From: Somniosus microcephalus | Taxonomy: Eukaryota | Reading direction: 5' to 3' | NCBI GenBank assembly: GCA_052327205.1 | Contig: CM126231.1 | Location: 20,336,001 to 20,400,000 of the forward strand | Length of the DNA: 64,000 nucleotides | Shown: piece after piece, positions 13,181 to 27,307 of the stretch | Layout: each line of letters begins with the position of its first letter | How positions within the stretch are numbered: position 1 is the first letter of the stretch | Notes under the pieces: model-generated | Told to the model about the DNA's origin: nothing | The model's input: the letters and a program-made list of their open reading frames with translations, nothing else | Database searches by the model: none | Position numbers and translations under genes: made by a program

Positions 13181-15016
13181 CACTCTCCAACCCCACCTTC
13201 CCTCTCAAACAAAATTCAAAAAGTAAAAATGTGGATAAGTTTTATCATTCACTGACAGGAAAGCAACGGCCTGGGCGTCCCAGAATTTGGAAGCAATGTT
13301 TCTGCATGTCATGACGTTGCCATGAGGTTCCAGAGGTTTACGAGTCAATAATTGTTCAAATTGTTGGTGCATCTTAAACGTGCTGTTGGGTTGTGTGAAA
13401 TTATGAGTTCAACTCCTCGGAGATTGGGATTTTTCCGTATTAATGAAGGTCTGATAATTAAAATACTGAAGCATTAGGGGCTCTACTTTGATTCCATTTG
13501 CTGACTGGCTTTCACGCTGGAGGCTTTCTTAAGGGATAGTCTGGGCCGGGTTTTGGAAAACTGGGCATTTAAAAGCCCTTTTGTGGAAGGCTCAAGCACC
13601 CTGATTAGTTGACTGAGGAAGCAGCATTGATGAGGTGCAACTTTGTTCTTTCAAAAGATGTCATCTGAAGGTGGGTGGGGGGAAGTAAAGAGCGAGCGAG
13701 ATATGCATTGAAAGATCTGGGGTATATTCTGAAAAGGAGCTGGGCCCATAGTGCAGGGGTAGGACCAGAACTTTTTAAAAATGAAAGAAAAAGCAAGGTA
13801 AATTAGGAAATGGTTGTGTGCTGCCACGCTTGGGTTAGAACATCTTAAATTGTAGGAAGAAGCAAAGTGTGAGGGGAATGAGCGCCACAGTTTGAGATTT
13901 TTGAAAAGGAACCAAGTGAGAGTAAAAGACTGTGTGATCAGTCTTTTCATTCAACATGACCAGAAAGAGGATATTGGACAATTTGTACCCTGCATTGCTC
14001 CTTTAATCGTTGAATTATTCTCCGCACTTGTGAGACAAAGCACTGGGGATTTGGAAGGACTGAACTGCAGTGTCTTCAGGTCCTGTTCTGTTGTGCCACT
14101 GGTCTATGGAATCATTTTGGTAATAGTAGTGGATCTCCCGCAAGACTGCAGATGGGCAGTCGGGAATCTGAAGCGTGTTTGTGATGCTTCGCAACTAACC
14201 TGGCCTGTCCAGTGCTTCCTGTCGGAATCCAAGTAATCGAAGGTGTTCTTAAATTCATATCAATTAGAGGTTAGGAACAGGAGTAGGCCGTTCAGCCCCT
14301 CCAGCCTGTTCTGGTTTGTTTTGAATGTTAGACTAATACTTAATTTTTTTTTTAAAGATTGTTTTGGAGCTGTAACAAGTGTGACTATGTTGGATGTAAG
14401 GCTGCTAAATACATTAGCTTCTTCCTGTTGGCCACTGTGGTTTTTTGTTAGCGGGGCAACTTTGCAGCTTGTGGATGTCATACATCTCCAGATCTCAGTT
14501 GCAATCAAAAAGCATAGTGTGGATCTCGAAGGCCTAATGTCACTTTCAACAGGGAAGAAATGCATCCCCTACAACTGCAGCTTGGCACTTGGGAAATGCA
14601 CCACCTATGGTTGGCAGATTTGAGCACGCAACTCCATTGTAAAGCACACCAGTGACTGCTTAATTCCCCGGGTGCTTTGGTGGGCTCACCATACAGTCTT
14701 CTGTATTTTACGTGCAATGTCTGGAGTTGGGGTAACACAACAAATCATTATGGTCCCTTGGGGAAACGTCCCAAAGTCAACGTTCTGCAGCTGTGGGCAA
14801 TCACTCATAAACTAAATACAGTTTTTCTCAAGATTTGAAGGTCTGCAAGTGGTAAATGAACAAAAACTTGCTTTCTTTCCTTCTGGTTTCTTTGCTGCTC
14901 TGCTTTTGTAACTGGAGGTTTGTGGTGACTGGACGGCCCAGTGGGTCAGCTGGCTGTTCTTTCACCTTTGGGACCATGGCTTGGATTCATTCCAGGTGGG
15001 AGAGGGGCAAGAATTT

Positions 15017-15017
<1 letters not shown>

Positions 15018-15047
<30 letters not shown>
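15018..15047. repeat. (TC)n microsatellite at the 5' junction of a CR1 fragment
   Basis: Direct reading. Confidence 0.9.
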
Positions 15048-15051
<4 letters not shown>

Positions 15052-15452
15052 GATTGGGCTTATACTCTCTGGAGTTTAGAAGAATGAGAGGGGATCTCAT
15101 TGAAACTTATAAAATTCTAACAGGACTAGATGCAGGAAGGATGTTCCTGATGGCTGGGGAGTCCAGAACCAGGGGTCACAGTCTAAGGATAAAGGGTAAG
15201 CCATTTAGGACAGAAATGAGGAGGAATTTCTTCACCCAGAGAGTGGTGAACCTGTGGAATTCTCTACCACAGAAGGCAGTTGAGACCAATTCATTAAATA
15301 TATTCAAGAAGGAGTTAGATATATTTCTTGAGGCTAAAGGGATATGGGGAGAAAGCAGGGACAGGGTACTGGATGATCAGCCATGATCTCATTGAATGGC
15401 GGAGCAGGCTCGAGGGGCCGAATGGCCTCCTCCCTCTCCTATCTTCTATGTT
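15047..15452 (+). mobile_element. CR1 3' fragment (cttctatgtt-tail subfamily)
   Basis: RLGLYSLEFRRMRGDLIETYK..WNSLP; tail atcttctatgtt. Confidence 0.9.
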
Positions 15453-18319
15453 ACGCATTGTTTCTTGGGCCGCACATGAAAGTTAACTCTGTTTTCTATT
15501 GATTTGCATCTCCAAGTTGCTGAAGCTAACACATCTTGGTGTCCTGACTTGGAGTTTATCCATCAGTGAGGCCTCTAGATCCACAAAGTTCAAACCGAAC
15601 AAAGCCGCAAATAGGGTGCAAGCGGAAATGGGACTGAGCAGTTTGGGCTTTAGGAGCTGATTGCTAGAACTCTGGGGCTCCAGATAGACCTGGGAAAGCA
15701 GGTTGAACAAGGTTGGGAGTTGAGGGACATTGCTGGGTTTGTGCAAAAGGAGCTGGATTTTGTACCTGGCTGTGGTACACCTGACCTTGGGAGTGATCGC
15801 TTGTAGTAAAATAAAAAATAAAAAAATTAAAAAATAAAACGGTACTGGCACTGATCCCTCTCACCCCAATCAAATTGGGGTTAATGTGCATTGACAGGCG
15901 AGAGTTGATGTAGCCTTCACTTTCTCCCTGGCAGTGCTCAATGCTGATACCGGAGTGCGGGAGATGGAGAAACATTCCATTTACTGGATCGGATGTCCCT
16001 TGCTCTGATGAGCACTAAAGATGCTTTTATGTGGATCTGGATTATATTGTATTGTGACTGGACATATCCTCATTTATTTTTATTTTATTTACCAGTGGGA
16101 CCAAGGCAGTGAAGGATACAGGCCACTTCTGCTGGGTATCGATTCTGTACCGAACATGTACCCTACCTCGTCTCTGGACTATCATTCCACAAACTCTTTG
16201 AGGACCTTGGTGCCACTTAAATGTTGGATGATTTGCAATCTGCTGTATCCTCAAATAATATATACTATGTGTGGGGGGAGGGGAAACAAATAACTCGTGA
16301 TCAAATTATAATTTTCTTTCTCTGAATTTCTTTTTTTAAATTAAAACTATTTTATAAATGAACATCACCAGAAGTCCTGAAAGAAAGAAAGAAAGAATCT
16401 CTAAGGAGGTGTTTGGTTGTGCAGTGGTGATGCTCTCTAGTGTAAGTTCATAGCTGTCTGAAGCCTTGGATATTCGTCCCAACATTAATTGAAGAGGTTG
16501 TGCTTTCCTCGTGTGTTGCGGACACACGACTGTGGGCCAGTACGATGCAATTAACCCTAAGAGTACTGGAGGCTTTTGACACCTCAATCAAAAGTGGCAT
16601 TTTGTTTTGCTGATTCTGAGAAGCTGCCTCCATTTGCCTTGGCAGGTGAGGTTGCTACCAGGTGTTAGACAATGCTGTCAAAACTAGGAGGTCCCAGGTT
16701 AGTTGGTTAATCTCAGCCGGGGCAGCAGATTAGGCGCTGATTGTCCAATGTCCCTGGTATTGGGCGGTTAAAATTGGCTCGGGTTCCTGCTCCATGTCCA
16801 ACATACCCCTGCTGATGGAACTATGTGTAGAAGTTTTGGACAGGATCAGGCTGTGATTAGACGTCATGTAGCCTTTCAACAACCACTGGTTGAACTCGCC
16901 AGTGGTCCTGTGCCCTAGCACGAGTTGTAGCCCACCAGAAGAGTAGGGGGGAGAGAAAATGTTTTGTACTGTGAACAAAATGAAGACAAAGGACCTGAGC
17001 GTGTGGTAGAAGGCTCCTGATGCAATCGCAACTGGGTGACGAAGGAGATCTTTGGGTGCGGCCGGGAGGTTCGGCACAATGGGTTGTTAAGTGAGAAATG
17101 AAGTGGTCAGGTGCGTGCTTGAAGGCTGTGAAGATAGTGGAGGTGTGCGAGGAACATCTCGAACCATGAAAATAAAACCAACGATTTCTTCGGTCACCGA
17201 ACTCTGAGACTGTGTTGGTGCAGACCCCAGACATGGTTCTTTTTTTTTAGTATCGCTGGCAATTCAGTTTTTTTTTCCAAAGTAAATTTCTGGGAGCTTT
17301 CGCAATAAAAGTTTCACTGGTGGCAGTCCTGACTGATGTACGCTCACCGGATGCTGCAGATATGACCGCAAGAGGCTATTGCATTGTCATTGAGATGGTA
17401 GATTGGGGGTACAGTACAAGGAAAGGGTGGTTTACAGAGGAATTAGTGTTTTACTGAAGTTTTTGCACGTGTGTGTGTGTGTATGTAATTAAAGGTTAAA
17501 TGTTTCTGCAGAAAGCTGATTCTTTTTAAATTGTATATATTTACATAAAACTTTGGGTTGTCCTTTTTTACATTGAGCCAGATTCGGGAGAGTGGTGCTG
17601 CTCTTCTCCATTTGCTTTCTCTCCCCCCCTGCCTTTACCATATACAGACCAGAAACAGCCAGCGATTCCAACGGCAGTTCACAGGAGCCACAACAAATGG
17701 GTTTCTGACGGCCATTGGCTGCACTGCTGCAACTTGAAAGCGCCTTTACACAACCACATAGATGCATTTTAAAAGCCTTAGAAAGGAGCATTCAGTACTC
17801 TTAGTGGTTAATAACTTATCAATGCTCTGTCACCACTTGTAGCTTTTAGCTACTCGGGTTTATTCCCCAGGGAACTCTGTGACTAAGTAAGATCAGCTCA
17901 TTTAAATTTTTACTGTTTCTCTTGTAACTTGCAATACAAAAATGTAGCTTGCGACAACTTTAACGCCATCTTCTAGATCTGCAGAGTTTGTAAACACTTT
18001 TGATATATTTGTAATTTTTTTTAATAGTCTTTGTCATGGTTTTCCAAAGAAGAAAAATGTTGAGAACATGCCGGTTGTACTTTGTCACAACCCAAACGTT
18101 TTAACTGTGTTCAGTGTTGTGCAGACTGTTCTTGGCGGTTTTGCTGCTTGTTAGTGCGTCTAAAGGAAAAATACAAAGCCTGACCTTGATCCCGGGAAAA
18201 TAATTTGAACAGAGTCCGAGACAATTGGCTGTCAATCATGTCTGACACTAAATCTGACCTTGTGTGACCTCAGGAGCGCAAAAGGGAAGGGGTTTGAGTT
18301 GTGCAGTGGAGTAGAACGA

Positions 18320-18520
18320 GCAGAACATTGACCTTTCAGTTCCAATCCAGCTCAGACTGGCGGACTGAAAGTCTCTTCAGGACGACTGTGAAGGGAGTGT
18401 GGGTGGGGTAGAGGGGGGATGGTGTCAAGCGAGTTCCCAGTGGACACATGTCCATAGTATAAAACTGCCTGTTATTTGACTGACACTAATTGGGCAATCT
18501 CACTCTGAGAGGCCACGGAC
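18320..18520 (+). mobile_element. LF-SINE-like ancient SINE relic
   Basis: Collinear blocks gttccaatccagctcag, ctgaaagtc, gttcccagtggacacatgtcca, cactaattgg, gagaggcca match my recollection of the LF-SINE consensus. Confidence 0.5.
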
Positions 18521-21000
18521 AGGGTCAGCAGAAATCAACAGGAGATTTTTGTTTAAAAATCTGCAGGACTTTTTAATTTAACTCTATTGGTGTGCGTTCT
18601 TTCCCACATTCACATGTTCTAACCTTTTTAAAAGACCAAATGAGTCGGCGCTTAAACAAAATCTTTAACTTTTTCCACACCGACCTATCTTGAATAAGTC
18701 CAGGTTCTGAATTTTATTTTGGCTCTGGTAAAGGTTTATGCTGAGCTTTAGAAAGGACTCTTCAAATTTCTGCGGAGTGACAAATGAACTCTCCCAACCC
18801 CCATGTCTTCTCGTCCCCACCACCCCCCCCCCCCCCCCCCCCCGAAATTGACCGTTTCTAAGGCTCCAGAAACAGCACTGAACTAAGTTTTTGTTATTTC
18901 AGAAAACGCTTAAGTTTTCGAACTATCAATGTGTGGGGGGGGTGGGGAGATTTTTTTTAGGGAGTTTGATCTGTGACACACACTTGTCTTACTGCTGGCC
19001 CTGAGGGTAGAGGTGGTGTGTGAATTCGAAATCTCTGCTTTGCTGTGGATGTAGTGGGAGTTTGTTTTGAGGCAAGTGTGAGAGAAGGCTGTACCCTACA
19101 GCTTTCACCTGCAAACATTTGGAGATTTACCTGGGTGCAGAAAGACCAAAGCACTTCACTCCCCAAAACTGCCATCCTTGATTATCACAAAGCAAAATTC
19201 ACCTCAATGAAGCAGTAACTGTCATGGCGAAACTGATGTTTGATTATTGTTTCAGACTGCTGTTTTGAAACATCAAATGTTAAAGTATGATATACTTTAG
19301 GAAGTCCACATGAGTAAGGCTGAGAGTTTTTTGAAGGCACAGTTGAAAAATGCAGATTCAAATGATGTGAAGCTTTATTCTTATTTCTGACATGCTTCGG
19401 TCTTTTAACTAAATATGAAATGCCGTACATTACCACTGATGACATTGGATGCTGTGACACCCTAAACTTTGCTGCCATTTACGGTGTTCGTATTTCGATT
19501 AAGATTTTCTGCCCTGGAGTAATGAGTCGTTCCAAAAATAAAGGCCTAAGAAGGCAAGAGAATTCGGAGCTCTTGCAATTCATTTCATCAGCGCCGTGAG
19601 GTTAAATGACCCACGTAGTTTCACTGCATCTAACAGGATTTTGAATATTGGGAAGAATTAAGTCCAGGAGTGGCTAACTGCACATTTCCCTCCCCCCCAA
19701 AATCTAGCAGTGGGCTGAATTTTAAAACCTCCCCAATGCTTGACCCTATTCTGATTTGCTAACTTTGAGGATAACAGCACGGCCCAAAAATCCATTGGGC
19801 TTGTCTTTGGTGGGGTGGGGGAGTAAATTACTCCTTGGTGGAGTTCCTGTTAAGAAGTGGGCTTTAAAGCTTGCGTATTGAGCACCTTGTAGGGCACACC
19901 CCAGGCGGGAAAAAGTTATCGGTCCTTAAATTGGCCACACTGCAAATGTGTTCATTTGCTTTAACGAAAGTGAGACCATCACGCTTCTTAACATGGTAAG
20001 CGTACACCACTTAGCTTTCAGTTACACAGCCAGACCAGCTGTGCTAGCTGCGTATTTTTATATCCATTAAGTGTACCAGTTGACGTGACCTAGATTTCTA
20101 GAGCGTTTTTACGAAAACCAGTGTAAAATATGGGAACAACTTTCTTGTATCGAGGTGTGAGTTGAAGTCCTGAAGTTCTGGTGGTGGTACTACTACACAG
20201 GCAAGGCAAGGCAACGGCCAGATGAAGCTTTGAGGCTTTCAAAAGAAAAATGAACGGAGGCCTATATCAAAAAAATATTTGTACAAAACCGTACCTATTT
20301 ATACAATGTATTATACCACTCCAATTGGCGTTGAGTTTGATACATAAGTGGAATAACTATTCTGTATGAGAAGCACTGCTGTCGGATCTTTGACAATTGT
20401 TCTGTGACTTGGGTGAAATTAGTGCAGCACCTTCTGAAACTTAGCATAACTCGCAGAACCTCGTTTATATCGTGTACCTGTCTCGAAGATGCTTTTGATT
20501 CTATTTTATTACTGTATGCTGGAGTCACATGCGGTTTTTAAAAGCTGTCCTTTGATACGAGTGCACTTGCTTGTTAATATACTGTTTTTTTGTTTTCTAT
20601 CTTTGCTGATTTTAAAAAAATAAATAAAACACTTCAACAAAGGTTGTTGTTTCCTGAAGGTGTTTTGCATTGGTTGCCTCCCAAACAGCCCTTGGCGGGG
20701 GGGGGGGGGGGAGTCGGGGGAACTTCCGGTGCAAACTAATTTAACTTCCCCCCCCCCCCCCCTTTTTCTGTTTACTGCCCAATTTCAAAATGGTGTCGGA
20801 GGATTCCTCCATCATTTGAATTCTGTAACGAATGCTTTATTTGTGTGTGTTTGGGACATGTTCATCCCAGCCCCCGCGTATCTATTCAGGTGGGTAGTAA
20901 AGATTGTATAGCAGGAAAATAAAGAACTTGCATTTATTTAGCGGGAACTGACCCATTTGAGGAGGGTCGGGGTGGGAGGTGGAGTGGATGAGGAGCACTG

Positions 21001-22505
21001 TGGACACGGTAGCATCGTGGTTCTGTTACTGGACTAGTAATCCGTGAGACTTGAGTTCAACTCCCACAGCAGCTGGGGAATTTAATTTCAGCTAGTTAAA
21101 TAAATCTGGAATGAAAAGCTTGTATCAGTAATAGTGACCATGTAATTGCAGGATTGTAAAAACCCATCTGTCTTACTAATGTCCTTTAGGGAAGGAAATC
21201 TGCCATCCTTACCTGTTCTGGCCTATATGTGAGCCCAGGCCCACAGCAACTCTTAACTGCCCTCTGAAATTGCCTAGCAAGACACTCCTGGCTGAGTGGC
21301 AGGAGGCAGAGGGTGATGGTCGAAGGTTGCTTTTGTGACTGGAAGCCTGTGTCCAGTGGGGTACCTCAGGGATCGGTGCTGGGTCCCTTGTTGTTTGTGA
21401 TCTACATAAATGATTTGGATGAGAATGTAAAAGGTATGATCAGTAAGTTCGCAGATGACACGAAAATTGGTGGGATGGTAAATTGCGAGGAGGAAAGCCT
21501 CAGGCTACAGGACGATATAAACGGGTTGGTCAGATGGGCGGAAAAGTGGCAAATGGAATTTAACCCTGAAAAGTGCGAGGTGATGCATTTTGGACGGACA
21601 AATAAGGCAAGGGAATACACAATGAGTGGTAGGACCCTAGGAAGTACAGAAGGTCAGAGGGACCTTGGTGTACATGTACATAGATCCCTGAAGGCAGCGG
21701 AGCAGGTAGATAAGGTGGTTAAAAAGGCATATGGGATACTTGCCTTCATTAGCCGAGGCATAGAATATAAGAGCAGGGCGGTTATGATGGAGCTGTACAA
21801 AACGCTGGTGAGGCCACAGCTGGAGTACTGTGTGCAGTTCTGGTCGCCTCACTATAGGAAGGATGTGATTGCTTTGGAGAGGGTGCAGAGAAGATTCACC
21901 AGGATGTTACCTGGGATGGAGCGCCTCAGCTATGAAGAGAGGCTGGACAGGCTGGGGTTGTTTTCCTTGGAGCAAAGAAGGCTGAGGGGGGACCTGATTG
22001 AGGTGTACAAAATGATGAGGGGCATAGATAGGGTAGATAAAGAGGAACTTTTCCCCTTAGTAGGGGGGTCAATAACAAGGGGGCATAGATTCAGGGTAAG
22101 GGGCAGGAGATTTAGAGGGGATTTGAGGAGGAACTTCTTCACCCAGAGGGTGGTTGGAATGTGGAACTCAATGCCTGAAAGGGTGGTAGAGGCAGGAACC
22201 CTCACAACATTCAAGAAGCATTTGGATGAGCACTTGAAATGCCATTGCATACAAGGCTATGGACCAAATGCTGGAAAATGGGATTAGACTGGACAGGGAT
22301 GGATGGGCGGTGCAGACACGATGGGCCGAAGGGCCTCTTTCTGTGCTGTAAAACTCTGACTCTATGACACTCAGTTGTACTAAACCACTACAGACTACAA
22401 AGTCACTGTGTACCTTCACGCTCACCGCCACCTTCTCAAGGGCAATTAGGGATGGGCAATAAATCACCGTGCCAGCGATGCCCACATCCCATGAATGGAA
22501 AAAAA
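21001..22505 (+). mobile_element. tRNA-derived SINE (Meta-domain-like), split by a CR1 insertion at 21288-22365
   Basis: B-box gagttcaac; core actaatgtcctttagggaaggaaatctgcc; resumes at 22373 with tail cttctcaagggcaattagggatgggcaataaat. Confidence 0.75.
21288..22365 (+). mobile_element. Young 5'-truncated CR1 with uninterrupted RT C-terminal ORF
   Basis: ORF 21313-22287 ([26 protein letters not shown]); 7-bp TSD GACACTC at 21281-21287 and 22366-22372. Confidence 0.95.
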
Positions 22506-23054
22506 AGTTATTGCTGTGTTGAGTTTTCTTTCGATTTAGTAAATTGTGCAAGTACTGCATGACAATGCTGCATGACATAGGATGGGTTGTGAGGGGCTTA
22601 AAGGGAATACCGAGTGACTGATATCATCCTCAACTGTTTCATGAATTTCTCCACCCCTCTACTCCCAAAAGATACTAATGTATTAGATCTGAAAAGCAGT
22701 ACGGGTTTATGTCAAAATTTGCAATAAAAAATCTTGCTGATCTTGAAGGGATGACTACTTTTTCATTTCAGTTGGCAACTTTCCTCGTGCCGGTTGTGTA
22801 ACTGCCCTGAAAATGGGGGCAGGTCCATTCAGAGCAGCAATGTGAGTGACTTGTCAGCTGTGGCTCAGTGGGTAGCACTCTCACCTCCTTGAGTCAGAAG
22901 GTTGAGGGTCCCAATCCCACACCAGGGACTTGAGCACAAAAATCTAGGCTGACACTCCAGTGCAGTGCTCAGGGAGTGCTGCACTGTTTGAGGCGCCTGT
23001 TGGATGAGACGTTAAACCCACTCTCAGTTGTGCATAAAAGATCCCTTGGTACTA

Positions 23055-24291
23055 AACATAGAAGATAGGAGCAGGAGTAGGCCATTTGGCCCCTCGAGCC
23101 TGCTCTGCCATTCAATGAGATCATGGCTGATCATCCAAACTCAGTACCCTGTTCCTGCCTTCTCCCCATATCCCTTGATCCCTTTAACCTTAAGAAATAT
23201 ATCCAACTCCATCTTGAACATATTCAATGAATTGGCCTCAACTGCCTTCTGTGGTAGAGAATTCCACAGGTTCACCACTCTCTGGGTGAAGAAATTCCTC
23301 CTCATCTCAGTTCTAAATGGCTTACCCCTTATCCTTAGACTGTGACCCCTGGTTCTGGACTCCCCCGCCATCGGGAACATCCTTCCTGCATCTGGTCTGT
23401 CTAGTCCTGTTAGAATTTTATAAGTTTCAATGAGATCCCCTCTCATTCTTCTAAACTCCAGCGAGTATAAGCCCAATCGACCCAATCTCTCCTCATACGT
23501 CATTCCTGCCATCCCAGGTATCAGTCTGGTGAATCTTCGCTGCACTCCCTCCATGGCAAGAACATTCTTCCTCAGATAAGGCGACCAAAACTGCACACAA
23601 TACTCAAGATGTGGTCTCACCAAGGCCCTGTACAACTGCAGCAAGACATCCTTGTTCCTGTACTCGAACCCTCTCGCTATGAAGGCCAACATACCATTTG
23701 CCTTCTTAACCGCCTGCTGCACCTGCATGCTTACCTTCAGCGACTGGTGCACAAGGACACCCAGGTCTCGTTGCACTTCCCCTTCTCCCAATCTAATGCC
23801 GCTCAGATAATAATCTGCCTTCCTGTTTTTGCCACCAAAGTGGCTAACCTCGAATTTATCCACATTATACTGCATCTGCCAATCATTTGCCCAATCACCC
23901 AACCTGTCCAAATCATACTGGAGTTTCTCGGCATTCTCCTCACAGCACACACGCCCACCCAGCTTTGTGTCGTCTGCAAACTTGGAGATATTACATCTAG
24001 TTCACTCGTCTATAGATCATTTATATATATTGTGAATAGCTGGGATCCTAGGACTGATCCCTGCGGTACCCCACTAGTCACTGCCTGCCACTCGGAAAAA
24101 GACCCGTTTATTCCAACTCTTTGCTTCCTATCTGCCAACCAGTTCTCTATCCAAGACAGTACCTTGCCCCCAATCCCATGTACCTTAACTTTACACGCTA
24201 ATCTCTTATGTGGGACCTTATTGAAAGCCTTCTGAAAGTCCAAATACACCACACCCACTGGTTCTCCCTTATCTATTCTACCAGGTACATC
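23055..24291 (-). mobile_element. CR1 3' fragment
   Basis: ORFs 24010-24258 ([17 protein letters not shown]) and 23141-23950 (EYCVQFWSPYL, WNSLP). Confidence 0.95.
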
Positions 24292-24349
24292 CTATTCGAA
24301 GAACAGCAGGTGAGTTCTCCCCGGTGTCCTGGCCGCTATTCATCACACA

Positions 24350-25197
24350 AGCAACAACAACAATATAGGGCCATTAACATAGTAAAACATCCAAAGGCGC
24401 TTCACGGGAGTGCTGTCAAACAAAATTTAAAGGGACTGCGCATGAAAAATAATTAGAGGGAACATTGATTTAAGGAGCATCCTAAAGGAGGAAAGAGAGG
24501 CAGAAAGGTTTAGTGAGGCAAATCCAGAGCTTGGGGCCTTGGCAGCTGAAGGCACGGCCGCCAATTGTGGAGCAATTAAAATCAAGGATGCTGGAGGCCA
24601 GAATTGGCGCAATGCAGAGATCTCGGAGGGTTGTGGGGCTGGAGGAGATTACACAGATAGGGTGGGCTGAGGCCATGGAGGGATTTGAAAACAAGGAAGA
24701 GAATTTTAAAATTGAAGTGTTGCTTAACCAGGAGCCAATGTAGATCAGCGAGCACGGGGGTGGATGGGTGAACGGGACTTGGTGCGAGTTAGGACACGGG
24801 CAGCAGAGTTTTGGATGACCACGTTTACGGAGGGTAGAAAGTGGGAGGCCAGCCAAGAGTGCGTTGGAATAGTCAAGTCTAGATAACAAAGGCATGGGTG
24901 AGGGTTTCAGCAGCAGATTAGCTGAGGCAGGGGGAAGATGCGGAGGGGGAAATTGGCTGTCTTAGTGATGGCGCGGATATCTGGGTGGAAGCTCAACTTG
25001 GTCAAATATGACACCAAAGTTGCGAACAGTCTGGTTCAGCCTCAGACAGTTGCCAGGGAGAGGGCTGGAGTAGGTGGCTAGGAAACGGAGTTTGTGGTGG
25101 GGACTAGACAATTGCTCCAGTCTTCCCAATATTTAGTTGGAGGAAATTTCTGCTCATCCAGTACTGGATGTCGGGTAAGCAGTCTGACAATTTAGAG
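24350..25197 (-). mobile_element. L2 LINE 3' fragment
   Basis: SRLDYSNALLAGLP, GGRAFS; tail gtgaagcgcctttggatg...tatattgttgttgttg on the minus strand. Confidence 0.85.
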
Positions 25198-25399
25198 ATC
25201 ATCTGGTCATTAACTCATTGCTGTTTGTGGGACCTTGCTGTGCGCAATTTGGTTGCCACATTTCCTACATTATAACAGTGACTACGCATCAAAAGCACTT
25301 CATTGGTTGTACTTTCTCAGTTGTAAAGTGCTTTGGGACATCCTGAGGTCTTGATAGGAGCTATATAAATATAAGTTCTTATGCATACTATACTGTGAT

Positions 25400-26245
25400 A
25401 GAAACATAGAAGATAGGAGCAGGAGTAGGCCATTCGGCCCCTCGAGCCTGCTCCGCCATTCAATGAGATCATGGCTGATCATCCAAATTCTGTACCCTGT
25501 TCCTGCCTTCTCTCCATATCCCTTGATACCTTTAGCCTTAAGAAATATATCCAACTCCTTCTTGAATATATTTAATGAATTGGCCTCTACTGCCTTCTTT
25601 GGTAGAGAATTCCACAGGTTCACCACTTTCTGGGTGAAGAAATTCCTCCTCATCTCTGTCCTAAATGGCTTACCCCTTATCCTTAGACTGTGACCCCTGG
25701 TTCTGGACTCCCCGACCATCGGGAACATCCTTCCAGCATCTAGTCTGTCTAATCCTGTTAGAGTTTTATAAGTTTCGATAAGATCCCCTCTCATTCTTCT
25801 AAACTCCAGCGAGTACAAGCCCAATCGACCCAATCTCTCCTCATACTTCATTCCTGCCATCCCAGGTATCAGCCTGGTAAATCTTCGCTGCACTCCTTCC
25901 ATGGCAAGAACATCCTTCCTCAGATAAGGCGACCAAAACTGCACACAATACTCCAGATGTGGTCTCACCAAGGCCCTGTACAACTGCAGCAAGACATCCT
26001 TGTTCCTGAACTCAAACCCTCTCGCTACGAAGGCCAACATACCATTTGCCTTCTTAACCGCCTGCTGCACCTGCATGCTTACTTTCAGCGACTGGTGCAC
26101 AAGGACACCCAGGTCTCGTAGCACTTCCCCTTCTCCCAATCTATTGCCAGTCAGATAATAATCTGCCTTCCTGTTTTTGACACCAAAGTGGATAACCTCG
26201 CATTTATCCACGTTATATTGCTTCTGCCATGCTTCTGCCCAATCA
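25400..26245 (-). mobile_element. CR1 3' fragment
   Basis: ORF 25300-26364 core (NVDKCEVIHFG, RDLGVLV, WNSLP); tail cttctatgtttct. Confidence 0.95.
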
Positions 26246-26637
26246 CCTTTCCACCCCTTTGGGGACATTGTGAATGATGCAAAGAACACACAGAAGAGGG
26301 AAAAGCAGACAGAAAGCAAATTGTCACGATCAGAAAAGGCCGTGCCCACAGTCACCCCATCCACGCCACAATTTGCAGTATGACCTGCACAGAGCTTTCC
26401 CTCATGGCCGCACCTTATTTCTGAAGTGAATTAAATGGAGACCTAAATTTATATGCGAGTTCAGGATCCAGTTCAACTATTTTTTCAGACAAGATTTTTT
26501 TGTGCTCCGGATCCCTCCATTTTGAGCTCCCTAAATGAATAGCCCTGTTCTGGCGCCTCCCAACTTATTTGGCACATCTCTGATTTTTTTTTTTCAGGAG
26601 ATGCTTTCCAGAATTGTTGTATTTGAGTGAAGATTAT

Positions 26638-27301
26638 GGGCTAGAAATTCACCTCCGGGGGCGCTAACGGGGCGCAAAGGGTTTATCGCCCGGGGGGGGC
26701 GTTGAAAAAAGCGCCTCCTGCGAAATTCAGCAGAGTGTTGGTGAGGTGCTACCCGATAGTGCCCCGGGCTGCTGCGCCGCCGGCGATGACATCGTCCAGT
26801 AACCCCTTACCGCCCTGCGGCAGAAATTCAGCTGCGCCCCGCGAAGCTGCCGCGGGCAATGTCAGCGCCAGCCTCGCAGGTCATGAATGGGGCCGAGCTC
26901 CGCTCGTGGGGCAGTATTTAAAGGGGAGGTGCGGCCGCGACCCACGCTGCCATTTTTTTTTTTGGTCGGCCTGCCGTGGCGTGGTCCTGGCCGCCATTGC
27001 ACAGCCCGGCACGGCGCCTTGCCGCCGAGCGACCACGCCACCCTGGTGGCCTAGTATGGGGCCATCGGAGGCCCTGCAGAGTGCGCAACGGCCCTCCCCT
27101 TTAACTGAAGCGGAAGGCCGGCGAGCGCTGCCGATTGCGCCCCGACATCGCCTCGGTTACCGCCTGAGATTGCTCTCCACTTCCTGTGCGGGGCGGTAAT
27201 CCGAATTTAGTGGTCGGGGCGGTACTTCTGCGCCGGGAGCTAAATGCCTGGCCTTAACTTGGTTACCACCCCCAAATGTGGCGTAACCGAATTTCGCGCC
27301 C
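26638..27301. mobile_element. PIF/Harbinger-type MITE
   Basis: TIRs GGGCTAGAAATTC / GAATTTCGCGCCC; 3-bp TSD TAT; CpG-rich interior. Confidence 0.75.
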
Positions 27302-27307
27302 TATGAG

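Larger units (their letters stand above)
22855..25380 (+). mobile_element. DeuSINE split into three pieces (~22855-23054, ~24292-24349, ~25197-25380)
   Basis: Head, middle (ctattcgaagaacagcagg) and tail pieces are collinear with the intact copy at 48275-48725. Confidence 0.75.

Noticed and set aside
22860-22925. tRNA genes (A/B boxes here and in similar copies)
   Set aside because: These are SINE heads followed by SINE cores and tails, not tRNA genes
26702-27199. 165-aa GC-rich ORF and CpG-island appearance
   Set aside because: Lies inside a TIR/TSD-bounded MITE; the ORF is a by-product of GC content
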